Source: an uncultured Gemmatimonadota bacterium (lineage in GTDB: Bacteria; JAAXHH01). Taken from it: DNA of 64,000 nt. Location of the stretch: contig OX638340.1 of assembly GCA_951812955.1 (NCBI GenBank), positions 1,888,001 to 1,952,000 on the forward strand. The letters run 5' to 3'. The notes under the pieces are model-generated. The model did no database searches, had not been told where the DNA came from, and saw nothing but the letters and a program-made list of their open reading frames with translations. Both the position numbers and the translations under genes were made by a program. This document shows, one piece after another, positions 27,730 to 37,702 of this stretch (within the stretch, counting starts at the first letter, position 1; each line of letters opens with the position of its first letter).

Positions 27730-30270
27730 GTGAAGGCCGAAACGAGAGCCGCCATAGACCGCTTGCTGAACAGGTACATCGCCTTCATCTGCCGCCATCC
27801 GGCGAAGATCCTCCTGGGTGCGCTGCTGACCGCATTGCTCTCCGCGCATTTCGCATCCAGGCTTCAGCTTAAAACCGACTTCGTGGAACTGCTCCCGGAA
27901 GGCTACCGGAGCGTCGACGACATTCACCGGATCACGGAGCGCGTCGGCGGCATCGGCAACCTGACCGTCGTCATTGAAACGGAAGACCTGACTTCGGCAC
28001 AGCGGTTCGCCGACGACCTCGCCGGCAGGATCCATTCCGATCTTCCCGAGGGGTATATCCGGTATATCGAGTACCGGGTGGACGAGGAGAAGCGCTTCTA
28101 CGAAGACCACAAATATCTGTATGCGGATCTGGAGGACCTGGAAGAGATCCAGAACCGCCTGAGCCGACAGATCCTGAAGACGAAACTGGAGCAGAACCCC
28201 CTCTTCGTTTCCGAGGAAGACCTCGGGCTGGAAACGGAAGACGAACCGTTTACCTTGAGCGATCTGGAAGAGAAGTACGAAAAGAAAGCGGGGGAGAAGC
28301 TGGACAAGTGGGTCGACGGCTATTTCACGGGGCACGACGAGCAGGGGCAGTTTCTCGTCATGGTCCTGAAACCCTTCGGTTCGTCGACCGGCGTTTCCTT
28401 TTCGCGGGACCTGTGCGAACGGGTACTCGCCATCGTAGAAGGGCTTGACCCCCCGTCATACCATCCATCGCTGAAAGTGGGCCTCACCGGCAAGTACCGC
28501 CTGATCCTGGACCAGTACTCTTCCGTCCAGCGGGAGATCTTCTCGTCCGCCGCCTTCACACTGACCCTGGTGGCCCTGGTCATCTTCCTCTACTTCCGCA
28601 CCATCGTCCCGGTCATCAACATCACGCTGGTCGTGGTCGTCGGCATACTCTGGACGTTCTGCCTGACCTATTTCCGCATTGGCTACCTCAACATGCAGAC
28701 CGCCTTCCTGGGCGCCATCATCATTGGGAACGGCATCAACTACGGCCTGATCCTCATGGCCAGGTACAAGGAAGAAAGGCTGCAGGGAGCGGACGCCCTT
28801 GAAGGCGTGCAGATCGCCTTTCGGAATACGATTACCGCGACGGTCACAAGCGCGGCGTCCACGGGCCTCGCATACGGCACGCTCATGATCACTGATTTTC
28901 GCGGCTTCAATCACTTCGGGTTCATCGGCGGCCTCGGCATGCTGCTGTGTTGGATTTCCACCTTTTCTATCATGCCGGCGCTGCTGATGCTGTGGGACCG
29001 CACCCGTTTCGGGCGGAAGACCTGGACGCGGAAGGTCTCGCGGGGCGGGTCGCTGACCCATCTCGCCAACCTGGTGCAAAAGGCGCCGCAGGCCGTGGTG
29101 GGCACGAGTATCTCCCTGGTCGTGCTGGGTACCGCCCTCCTGGTGTGGTGGCTTCCGAATTCCTTCGAATACGACTTCTCGAAACTGCGAAACGAACCGC
29201 GGGGCGATACTTACGAGCGGATCCTCAACCACCGCGTAAACGCCCTGTTCGGTATATCGCAGTCTCCCGCGGTTATCCTCGCGGACCGCCTGGACCAGGT
29301 CCCGGGCATCCGGCGCGCCGTGCTGGACAAGAAAGAAGCGGAGAAAGAGGGTCCCAAACCGACCATCGACCGGGTGCGAACCATCTTCGATCTGCTGCCG
29401 GAGGACCAGGAAGACAAGATCGACGTGCTCTGGGACATAGATTACATGCTGGACACCAATCCGCCCGACGAACTTGGCATACCGCCCGACCAGCTCGAAA
29501 GGATCAACGCGTTCCGAGAGAACCTGAGCCTGGATGAAATCACCGTTGATGACCTGCCCCAGGCGCTCACGCGTCCCTTCGAGGAGCGGGACGGGACAGT
29601 GGGCAGGCTCGTCTACGTCTACCCGAGGTCGGACGCCGGACTCTGGAACGGCAGGAACCTGATCCGGTTCGCGGAAGTCGTCCGTTCCAACCGCCTGCCA
29701 GACGATGAAGTCATCTATTCCTCCGGTGAGGCCGTGGTATTCGCCGACATGCTGAAGGCCGTGGACCGCGACGGCCCCATTGCCACGGTCGCCTGCTTCG
29801 TGGGCGTTATCGCGCTACTCTTACTGGCATTCCGCAGCGTCCACGCGTCGGTCGTGATCCTGGCTTCCCTGCTGGGCGGCATGCTGGTCATGGGCGGCGT
29901 CATCGCCGTCTTCGACATCAAGGTGAATTTCTTCAACTTCATCGTCATACCCACTACGCTGGGGATCGGCGTGGACTACAGCGTGAACCTGTATCAACGC
30001 TACCGCCTTGACGGACGCGGTTCCATACGTAATATGGTACAGCATACAGGCGCGGCCCTGGTCATGTGTTCGTCCACGACGCTGATCGGTTACACTTCTC
30101 TCATGCTCACGTCCAACCGGGGCCTGCATTCCTTCGGCATCATGGCCAACGTGGGAGAGATCGCCACGCTGGCAACGGCCCTGGTCGCGCTGCCCGCCTA
30201 TCTGCTTATTATGGAAAAGCGGATGAGGAACAAGGCGCCTGGAACGCGGAGTCCGGTTCACGCCGCTTGA
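27730..30270 (+). CDS. MMPL/RND-superfamily exporter (HpnN/MmpL-like, two SSD-type 6-TM bundles)
   Basis: GTG start after GAGGGA RBS (ORF extends to ATG 27658). Two 12-TM halves with large periplasmic loops. Typical MMPL N-terminus. Confidence 0.8.
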   Translation: MKAETRAAIDRLLNRYIAFICRHPAKILLGALLTALLSAHFASRLQLKTDFVELLPEGYRSVDDIHRITERVGGIGNLTVVIETEDLTSAQRFADDLAGRIHSDLPEGYIRYIEYRVDEEKRFYEDHKYLYADLEDLEEIQNRLSRQILKTKLEQNPLFVSEEDLGLETEDEPFTLSDLEEKYEKKAGEKLDKWVDGYFTGHDEQGQFLVMVLKPFGSSTGVSFSRDLCERVLAIVEGLDPPSYHPSLKVGLTGKYRLILDQYSSVQREIFSSAAFTLTLVALVIFLYFRTIVPVINITLVVVVGILWTFCLTYFRIGYLNMQTAFLGAIIIGNGINYGLILMARYKEERLQGADALEGVQIAFRNTITATVTSAASTGLAYGTLMITDFRGFNHFGFIGGLGMLLCWISTFSIMPALLMLWDRTRFGRKTWTRKVSRGGSLTHLANLVQKAPQAVVGTSISLVVLGTALLVWWLPNSFEYDFSKLRNEPRGDTYERILNHRVNALFGISQSPAVILADRLDQVPGIRRAVLDKKEAEKEGPKPTIDRVRTIFDLLPEDQEDKIDVLWDIDYMLDTNPPDELGIPPDQLERINAFRENLSLDEITVDDLPQALTRPFEERDGTVGRLVYVYPRSDAGLWNGRNLIRFAEVVRSNRLPDDEVIYSSGEAVVFADMLKAVDRDGPIATVACFVGVIALLLLAFRSVHASVVILASLLGGMLVMGGVIAVFDIKVNFFNFIVIPTTLGIGVDYSVNLYQRYRLDGRGSIRNMVQHTGAALVMCSSTTLIGYTSLMLTSNRGLHSFGIMANVGEIATLATALVALPAYLLIMEKRMRNKAPGTRSPVHAA

Positions 30271-30323
30271 GACCGACTTCTACAGCCCTGCCGTTCGGAA
30301 ATGAGTCGAACAAGGCCGGTTAC

Positions 30324-31958
30324 ATGAACCTTCATGCAGTGGACTACCGCCAGGTGTTGCCGGATCACCTGCTGCATACCTTTCTCGACGATTTCGAGTC
30401 ACTGCGGCACTTCTATACTTACGATCCCCGCGACCCGGACGTCTGGCCGCGCGCGATCGATGCAGTAAGATCCCGGTCAAATCCCCCACCGAGAAAGGCC
30501 GTATCCCGGACGCTCGAGGCGCAGAACGGCCGCTACGGGGCGGACGAAAGCGTCCTCGAAAACGCCCGTGCCCTTGGCGGCGAGGATACCTTCGTGATCT
30601 CCACGGGTCAGCAGACCGGACTATTCACCGGTCCGCTCTATACGATTTACAAGGCCATCACGGCCGTCAAGCTGGCGAAGCGGGTATCGGAAGAAACGGG
30701 CGTGCGGGCCGTACCGGTTTTCTGGATGGCCTCCGACGACCACGACTACGCCGAGATCAACCATGTCCACGTCTGCCGAGCGGACGGGGACGCCTTGCGC
30801 TTTGAACTGAGTCCCGACGACCCCAATGACCGCCGTTCCGCGAGCGACCGCCTGCTTGGACCCGAAATCGCGGCGCTGCTCGAGCAGTTTGCCGATGCCC
30901 TGCCCGATTCGGAATACAGCTCCTCCGCCATCTGCGCGCTTCGGCAGCACTGTACCGCCGGAACTTCGCTTTCCGAAGCCTTTGCCCGGCTGATGACACT
31001 GCTATTTCAGGGACAGGGCCTGGTTCTCGTAGACCCCACCGACCCGGCACTGAAACCCCTTATGAGCCCCGTGTTCGAACAGGAAATCCGCGATCCGCTC
31101 GCATCCACGCGCTCGGTCCTGTCTACTTCAGAAAAACTGTCCGACGCCGGGTTCGATTCCCAGGTCTCCCGTCTCCCCGAGGCGGTAAACCTGTTTCTCT
31201 ACCAGGACGGACAGCGGAACGCCCTGAGCTACGGGAATGGACGGTTCAGCAACCGGGACGGCAGCCTGTCCTTTACGGAACGGGACCTGCTGCGCGTGCT
31301 CGAGGATTCGCCCGAGCGATTCACCCACAACGTCATCACGCGTCCCCTGGTGCAGGACAGCCTGTTTCCGACGCTGACCTATATCGGCGGTCCGGCGGAA
31401 ATCGCCTACTACGGTCAGCTTGGCGGAGTCTATCGCCAGTTCGGTCTGCCTTTCCCCGTGGTCTATCCCCGCGCTTCCCACACGCTGGTGGGCGCCAGGA
31501 CCGCCCGGATACTGGAGAAGCACGGCCTCACGATCTCCCATTTCGTCCAGGGGATAGAGTCCGTGGTCGACCGGAAACTGCGGGACGACATGCCGGTACA
31601 TATCACCGAGGGACTTCGTGCCGCCCGTGGCGACGCGGAAGCCCATTACCGGAACCTGAAGGGACACGTGACGGCGCTCGACCCCGGGTTGAGCCGGATC
31701 GTGGACGCTTCGGAAAGAAAGACCAACTTCGCCCTGGGCAAGCTGGAGGAAAAGACCCTCCGGGCCATGAAGAGAGCGGACGGAGTCATGCGCGGCCAGA
31801 TCATGCGGGCGGACCGCATGATCTATCCCAACGGTCATCTCCAGGAACGGGTGGCCAACATCTGGCAGTACGTCGCCCTCTACGGAGTCGATGTCATGAA
31901 GACACTCTTCGAAGCCACGGATGAAACGGACTTCAGGCACAGGATAACCCCGCTATGA
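30324..31958 (+). CDS. bshC: bacillithiol biosynthesis cysteine-adding enzyme BshC
   Basis: 544 aa. Block VISTGQQTGLFTGPLYTIYKAITAVKLA...VFWMASDDHDYAEINHVH closely parallels B. subtilis BshC. Stop overlaps bshB start. Confidence 0.8.
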   Translation: MNLHAVDYRQVLPDHLLHTFLDDFESLRHFYTYDPRDPDVWPRAIDAVRSRSNPPPRKAVSRTLEAQNGRYGADESVLENARALGGEDTFVISTGQQTGLFTGPLYTIYKAITAVKLAKRVSEETGVRAVPVFWMASDDHDYAEINHVHVCRADGDALRFELSPDDPNDRRSASDRLLGPEIAALLEQFADALPDSEYSSSAICALRQHCTAGTSLSEAFARLMTLLFQGQGLVLVDPTDPALKPLMSPVFEQEIRDPLASTRSVLSTSEKLSDAGFDSQVSRLPEAVNLFLYQDGQRNALSYGNGRFSNRDGSLSFTERDLLRVLEDSPERFTHNVITRPLVQDSLFPTLTYIGGPAEIAYYGQLGGVYRQFGLPFPVVYPRASHTLVGARTARILEKHGLTISHFVQGIESVVDRKLRDDMPVHITEGLRAARGDAEAHYRNLKGHVTALDPGLSRIVDASERKTNFALGKLEEKTLRAMKRADGVMRGQIMRADRMIYPNGHLQERVANIWQYVALYGVDVMKTLFEATDETDFRHRITPL

Positions 31959-32680
31959 AACTCGACGTCCTGGCCGTATCCCCGCATCCGGATGACGTGG
32001 AGTTGCACTGCGGCGGCCTGATGGTCCGATTCGCCGACCTGGGATACGTCACCGGTATTGTCGATATGAGCCTGGGAGAGAAAGGCACCCGCGGCACGGT
32101 CGACGACCGGAGACTGGAAGCGGCGGCAGCGGCGAAGGTGCTCGGGCTGTCCGAAAGGCTGAATCTCGAACTGCCGGATTCCCGCATCGGGGCCTGCGAG
32201 TCGCACCGCGACGCCCTCGTCGACGCCATACGCCGGTTCCAACCGGACTTGCTTCTCGTTCCCCACGAAGTCGCCCGTCATCCGGATCACGGGGCGACCG
32301 CCCGCCTGGCCAGGGACGCGGCCTTCCTGGCGGGCCTGGAGAAAATCGAAACGGACCACCCGGCCTTCCGGCCCCGGCAACTGGTCTTCTACCTCACGCA
32401 CCACCGCTATCAAGAACCCAGGCCTTCCTTCATCGTCGACATATCCTCCTCCTTCAACCGGAAGATCGAAGCCGTGAAGGCCCACCGGTCGCAGTTCCAT
32501 GACCCGGACTCCGGCGAGCCGGAAACCTACATCAGCCGTCCGGAGTTCCTCGATGAGGTTGAGGCCCAGAGCCGTTACTACGGCACGCTGATCGGCGCGC
32601 GGTACGGGGAGCCCTTCGTAGTGCGGGAATACCTTTCGATCGACGATCCCCTGGCCCACTTCACGGGGCGCGCGGGATAG
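31955..32680 (+). CDS. bshB1: N-acetylglucosaminyl-malate deacetylase BshB (LmbE/PIG-L family)
   Basis: 241 aa. VLAVSPHPDDVELHCGG and HPDH zinc-binding motifs. Confidence 0.8.
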   Translation: MKLDVLAVSPHPDDVELHCGGLMVRFADLGYVTGIVDMSLGEKGTRGTVDDRRLEAAAAAKVLGLSERLNLELPDSRIGACESHRDALVDAIRRFQPDLLLVPHEVARHPDHGATARLARDAAFLAGLEKIETDHPAFRPRQLVFYLTHHRYQEPRPSFIVDISSSFNRKIEAVKAHRSQFHDPDSGEPETYISRPEFLDEVEAQSRYYGTLIGARYGEPFVVREYLSIDDPLAHFTGRAG

Positions 32681-32723
32681 TGGATCGAGCGGGACGGTAC
32701 ATACGGAAGTAGAGGCGAATCCC

Positions 32724-33845
32724 ATGAACATCGGTATCACCTGCTATCCCACCTACGGAGGAAGCGGCGCTATCGCCGCCGAACTGGGACAGGTCCTGGC
32801 GCGAAAGGGACATAAGGTCCATTTCGTGAGCTATTCGATTCCATTCCGCCTGCAGGAATACAGCCAGAACATCTACTTCCACAATGTCGAGGTCATGCCC
32901 TACCCGCTGTTCAAGTATCCGCCCTACACCCTGGCGCTAGCGGCGAAAATGGCCGACGTGGCACTGGAGGCGGAGCTGGACATCCTGCACGTGCACTACG
33001 CCGTTCCCCACGCCACCTGCGCCTTCCTGGCGCGGCACATGCTGCGGGACCGGGACATCAAGGTCATCACGACCCTTCACGGAACCGATATCACCCTCGT
33101 GGGCAGCGACAAGTCCTTCTACCGGATCACCAGATTCAGCATCGAGGAAAGCCAGGGAGTCACGGCCGTCTCCGAGTCCCTCAAGCGAGATACGCAGTCG
33201 CTCTTCGAGATCGACACGGATATCCGCGTAATTCCCAATTTCGTCGATGTCAACCGGTTCCGCCGGGGGGACGGTCACTGCGACATCAGCAATTTCGTCG
33301 ACGATGACGAGAAAGTCATCGTCCACGTCTCGAATTTCCGGCCCGTCAAGCGCATCGGGGATATCATCCGCATGTACGCGGAGGTGCGGAGCAAGGTCAA
33401 GTGCAAGCTGCTGCTGGTGGGGGAGGGACCGGAACGTATACCGATGCAGGAACTGGCCCGCGACCTGGGACTGCAGGACGGCGTGGTTTTTCTCGGTGAG
33501 CAGGAGGGAGTCGACCGGATCCTGTCCTGTTCCGACCTGTACCTGCTTCCCAGCGAACAGGAGAGTTTCGGCCTGTCGGCCCTGGAGGCCATGAGCTGCG
33601 GCGTACCGGTCATCGGCGCCAATGCGGGCGGTCTTCCGGAACTGGTGCGCCACGGGGAGACGGGATTCATCACCGAGGTAGGGGACATCCACCAGATGGC
33701 CCGCCACGCCACGGAACTGCTGGCCGATGACGACTTCAGGCAAACCATCGGGCGGCAGGCGCGGCAGCGGGTACTGGACAACTTCGCGGAAGAGGCCGTC
33801 GTCCCGCAGTATGAGGCATATTACGAGGAGGTATTGCGCGGATAA
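32724..33845 (+). CDS. bshA: N-acetyl-alpha-D-glucosaminyl L-malate synthase BshA (GT4)
   Basis: 373 aa. N-terminus MNIGITCYPTYGGSGAIAAELGQVLARKGHKVHFVSYSIPFRL nearly matches the BshA consensus. GT-B fold EX7E region. Confidence 0.85.
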   Translation: MNIGITCYPTYGGSGAIAAELGQVLARKGHKVHFVSYSIPFRLQEYSQNIYFHNVEVMPYPLFKYPPYTLALAAKMADVALEAELDILHVHYAVPHATCAFLARHMLRDRDIKVITTLHGTDITLVGSDKSFYRITRFSIEESQGVTAVSESLKRDTQSLFEIDTDIRVIPNFVDVNRFRRGDGHCDISNFVDDDEKVIVHVSNFRPVKRIGDIIRMYAEVRSKVKCKLLLVGEGPERIPMQELARDLGLQDGVVFLGEQEGVDRILSCSDLYLLPSEQESFGLSALEAMSCGVPVIGANAGGLPELVRHGETGFITEVGDIHQMARHATELLADDDFRQTIGRQARQRVLDNFAEEAVVPQYEAYYEEVLRG

Positions 33846-33922
33846 CCGCCCGCGGCGGAATCCAGTGGGGCCCTCCGGACCGTTCAGTAGCCAGCGGACC
33901 GTCCAGAATCCGCGGCCGCCCG

Positions 33923-34369
33923 TCAGGAACCCTCCGATTTCTCCGCCAGCGACGCGTAACTCACCCCTTCGCCGCTGTCGTGACTCACCGGCAGGCCCAC
34001 TTCCTCCCATCCCGGATTGACCACTTGTCCGAATGGGGTCATCTCTCCGCTGAACCCGCATCGCATGTTCACGACCGTCTGGTATCCCATCGATTGCAGC
34101 AACTGGGCGGCATGGTCGGACCGCTGGCCGGTCCGGCAGCCCAGCACGAGTTTGGCATCCTCCGGATAGTTCGCTTTAACCACCTGGACGAAATCGGGAT
34201 TGGGCGTCATCTGCCCGGACTGCTCGTCCGCGTGCAGGAGCGGGATGTTCACCGCCGGCGCGGGGTGTCCCTGGTCGAATTCCGGAACGGACCGGACATC
34301 GATGTACACGTAGCCCTCTGATTCGACCAGCCTGGCCGCTTCATCGGGCATGACCTGATCCACGCTCAT
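33923..34369 (-). CDS. rhodanese-domain sulfurtransferase
   Basis: 148 aa. Active-site loop CRTGQRS. Immediately downstream of paralog 3 membrane protein (22-nt gap). Confidence 0.8.
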   Translation of the reverse strand: MSVDQVMPDEAARLVESEGYVYIDVRSVPEFDQGHPAPAVNIPLLHADEQSGQMTPNPDFVQVVKANYPEDAKLVLGCRTGQRSDHAAQLLQSMGYQTVVNMRCGFSGEMTPFGQVVNPGWEEVGLPVSHDSGEGVSYASLAEKSEGS

Positions 34370-34390
34370 CTAAAGCTCCTTTTCTTTTCG

Positions 34391-36388
34391 TTACCATGTT
34401 TCCACGATGTGGCCCGAATTCGGAAACCAGATTACATCGACGCAGTAGGAAAGCGCCACGCCCAGCACGTAACCCACCAACATGCCGATGAAGAAGGGCT
34501 GCGTCTCCCGGTACAATCTCGTGCCCCCCAGTTTAAGGATAATGGCCTTAACGAGCCAGACCAGGAAGATCGACGTGGCGATCATACCGATTCCCCAGGT
34601 CTTGGCAACAGCCCAGCCGATGGGATGCAGCGGCCACCAGTGGAAATTGTGGTGGGCCAGGATCAGCAGCCAGGCTATGAAGGCGCCGACCCCCAGGCCC
34701 AGGTACTCCCCGCCGGTCAACTGGGTCTGGTTATTGATCCATGTCGTCAGCGTGTTGTAACCCGCCTTCGCGTTTCCGAATGCGTCCCTGAACCCATCCG
34801 CGCCCGTGGTTTCGTAACCCAGGAAGACAGTATATACTACGGAAATGATGGCGGCCATGACCAGCGCCGAGACGATGACGGGGAAGATGCCGCGCCGGGC
34901 GCCGCCAATCTCGTCGCCCATCTTGTTTACGTGGGCCATGGCGCACATGCCCAGCGTACGCCAGTTCCGTGAGAATGTCTGCGACAGGGTCAGGATGGTG
35001 AGATCCGCGCGGTGCAGGTTCGCCGATCCGAAGGAGAACACCGTAAAGTCATGGGCGTTATATGGCAGGTCGAGATTAATCAGGCCCGCTTCCGCGACCA
35101 CGCGGGTGACCCCAAGAAAGAGGAGCATGCAGGTGGCCAGCAGCGTGGCCGCGGCGGCGAAGGACATGCCCATGCTGATCAGGAAGAAGAACATGTACGT
35201 GATGCCGAGTACCACGCCGCACATGGCGGTCCTGTAGGAGAAAAACTCCCCCGAATCGTCGATGTCGTTTCCCCTTCCGATGGCCTTACGCACCACGTCG
35301 TAGAGGTGGCGCCGGGCCATCCAGAGCCCGAACAGGGTGAACATGAAAAACCCGCCCAGGTGCTGGGCCGTGACGATCTCGGTCGTCTTCGGAATGCCGA
35401 ATCGACTCATGATGCCGATCTGGATCGTGGCCAGCAGGAAGAACACCCAGATGCTGAACAGGATGTTGAGATTCGTAAAGAATCCGATGCCGATGAAGGC
35501 GAAATTGATCTTGAACTGGATCGGCGGGAAGGATTCGGCCAGGGTGATCGGTATGCGGTAATCCCCGCCCAGTCTGATGGGCACCACAGCGTCCCAGTAC
35601 GAGACGATGTTCCAGAGAATGATGAAGAGGGGGATGGAGAATCCGTACCAGAAAACCCTGGACCGGGCGATCCGGGGCAGTACGGAGCCGCTTTGGTCAT
35701 CTTCGATGAGCAACAGGGGCACGCGGGCCAGCGGAAAGGTCAGACGTTCCCGCTCGATCCACTGTTTACGCAGGATCACCATGAGCGACGCGCTGGCGAA
35801 GAAAAGGGCCAGAAAGAAGGTGCCCCACCAACTCATGGGGATGATCCAGTCCCGCCAGGGAATGACGCCGGTGGAGGGCAGCCCCTCGTAGAACCAGTGC
35901 ACCGCCCGCCGTTCATCCGGGATGATGAGCCAGGTCGGGAGATACTCGAAAAACAATTCGACATACCTGTTCTCGGAGTTGGCATAGTAGTGCGGAATGG
36001 ATGGAACGGCGACCCAGTAGGTCGTAAATGCCCATCCGGGAATAGCCGAGGCCGTAAACACGATGAAAAAGATTATCATCAGTTCAGGAGCTGTGAATAT
36101 TCGAGTCGGTGCGAATCGCTTCAACAGGCCGTTTACGACGAAGACGACCAGCATGAAGGGGAAGAGCGCCGCCATGGGCATGTGGGTAATGGACAGGTAG
36201 GATGAATGAGCCTCGAAGGCGGAATGCACGACCCACCACGCCATGGCCGCGGACAGGAAGAGTCCCAGACCCACGGCACGAAGGGTCATGCCCGAAGCAA
36301 GCCCACCGGTTCTGCCGGGAGGACCTACATCGGGAGGATAGGAATCCGGCCTGCCTGCAGACGGGGGAGTCCGCTCTTTAACACTCAT
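34391..36388 (-). CDS. polytopic integral membrane protein, uncharacterised family (paralog 3 of 3)
   Basis: 665 aa. Colinear with paralog 2 (RKQWIERERLTFPLARVP; YRETQPFFIGMLVG...DVIWFPNSGH). Confidence 0.7.
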   Translation of the reverse strand: MSVKERTPPSAGRPDSYPPDVGPPGRTGGLASGMTLRAVGLGLFLSAAMAWWVVHSAFEAHSSYLSITHMPMAALFPFMLVVFVVNGLLKRFAPTRIFTAPELMIIFFIVFTASAIPGWAFTTYWVAVPSIPHYYANSENRYVELFFEYLPTWLIIPDERRAVHWFYEGLPSTGVIPWRDWIIPMSWWGTFFLALFFASASLMVILRKQWIERERLTFPLARVPLLLIEDDQSGSVLPRIARSRVFWYGFSIPLFIILWNIVSYWDAVVPIRLGGDYRIPITLAESFPPIQFKINFAFIGIGFFTNLNILFSIWVFFLLATIQIGIMSRFGIPKTTEIVTAQHLGGFFMFTLFGLWMARRHLYDVVRKAIGRGNDIDDSGEFFSYRTAMCGVVLGITYMFFFLISMGMSFAAAATLLATCMLLFLGVTRVVAEAGLINLDLPYNAHDFTVFSFGSANLHRADLTILTLSQTFSRNWRTLGMCAMAHVNKMGDEIGGARRGIFPVIVSALVMAAIISVVYTVFLGYETTGADGFRDAFGNAKAGYNTLTTWINNQTQLTGGEYLGLGVGAFIAWLLILAHHNFHWWPLHPIGWAVAKTWGIGMIATSIFLVWLVKAIILKLGGTRLYRETQPFFIGMLVGYVLGVALSYCVDVIWFPNSGHIVETW

Positions 36389-36523
36389 GGGAATGTACTT
36401 CTGAAGGGATTAAAACTACCGGTATTACAGGCTGTTCCGCGGTTTCCCGGGATGCGCACAATTTACCTTCAAAACGGGGGTTCAGCAAGGACTAAAACGG
36501 CTGCCGGCAGGCGGCTGTTTCCC

Positions 36524-36552
36524 TTGACACCGGCCCTTGCGCGCCGTACAAT
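36524..36552 (+). promoter_or_regulatory. consensus sigma70-type promoter TTGACA-N17-TACAAT upstream of the epimerase gene
   Basis: TTGACA at 36524-36529 and TACAAT at 36547-36552. An AAGGAAGG RBS sits before the ATG at 36600. Confidence 0.45.
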
Positions 36553-36599
36553 GCCCGAGGTTTTAAGCCCCCTGGTTTTCCGTTCAAAGGAAGGTCGCC

Positions 36600-37571
36600 A
36601 TGCAATATCTACTCACCGGCGGATATGGCTGTATCGGTTCGTGGATCGTGAAGAACCTGGTCGACGAAGGGCACGATGTCGCGATCTACGACCTGGTGGA
36701 ACATACCGCCCGCATGGCATTGATCATGGACGAGGAAGAGATCGCCCGGGTCCGGTTCATCGAGGGCGACATCGCCGACGGGACCCAATTCACGCGGGTG
36801 GTAGGTGAAACAGGCGCGTCCCGCATCATCCACCTGGCCGGACTGCAGGTGCCCGTGTGCAAGGCCGATCCCATCAAGGGCGCTACGGTCAACGTAATCG
36901 GCACCCTGAACGTCTTCGAAGCGGCCAGAACCCACGACGACATCGTCCGGCGTATCGTCTACGCGAGTTCCGCGGCCGTCTACGGAATGGAAGACGACTA
37001 CGACTCCGGACCGGTCGGGAACGACGCGGTGCTGAGGCCGGTCACCCACTACGGCGTATTCAAGCAGTGCAACGAAGCCAACGCGCGGGTGTACTTTCTC
37101 GATCACGGTATTTCAAGCTTCGGCCTGCGGCCGTGGACCGTGTACGGACCGGGCCGGGACTTCGGATTGACCTCCGATCCCACCAAGGCGGTCAAGGCGG
37201 CCCTGTTGAACCGGCCGTACGTGATTGGATACGGCGGGCGGAACAACATGCAGTACGTGAACGACACCGCCCGGACGTTCATCCGCTGCGCAGAGGCAGC
37301 CACCGAAGGCGCCGGGGCCTATAGCATACGTGGCGACGTCGTGACCATCGACGAGGTGATCGCGTCCATCGAGCGCGTCGTTCCCGATTCGAAGGGACTC
37401 ATCTCCCACCTGGACATGAACCTTCCCATCGCGCCGGACCTCGATGACCGCGCCATCCAGGAAGACGTGGGCGAGATCCCCTACACGCCGCTGGACGACG
37501 GGATCAGGGAGACCTGGGAAGTGTTCAGCCGCCACCAGGAGGCCGGAACGCTGAGCACGGACGACCTGTAG
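36600..37571 (+). CDS. NAD-dependent epimerase/dehydratase (extended SDR)
   Basis: 323 aa. TGGYGCIGSW glycine-rich NAD motif. YxxxK catalytic pattern. Confidence 0.85.
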   Translation: MQYLLTGGYGCIGSWIVKNLVDEGHDVAIYDLVEHTARMALIMDEEEIARVRFIEGDIADGTQFTRVVGETGASRIIHLAGLQVPVCKADPIKGATVNVIGTLNVFEAARTHDDIVRRIVYASSAAVYGMEDDYDSGPVGNDAVLRPVTHYGVFKQCNEANARVYFLDHGISSFGLRPWTVYGPGRDFGLTSDPTKAVKAALLNRPYVIGYGGRNNMQYVNDTARTFIRCAEAATEGAGAYSIRGDVVTIDEVIASIERVVPDSKGLISHLDMNLPIAPDLDDRAIQEDVGEIPYTPLDDGIRETWEVFSRHQEAGTLSTDDL

Positions 37572-37702
37572 GGCCGGTTATTCCGTACCCTGCCCGGTTG
37601 CGATCGCTAAACAATGGGCCACCAATCCCCGGTCAATCGGATCCTGATCAAGAGAATCCAGGTCCGTCGAACCATAACGAATAACATCAGGGCGAATAGG
37701 TC

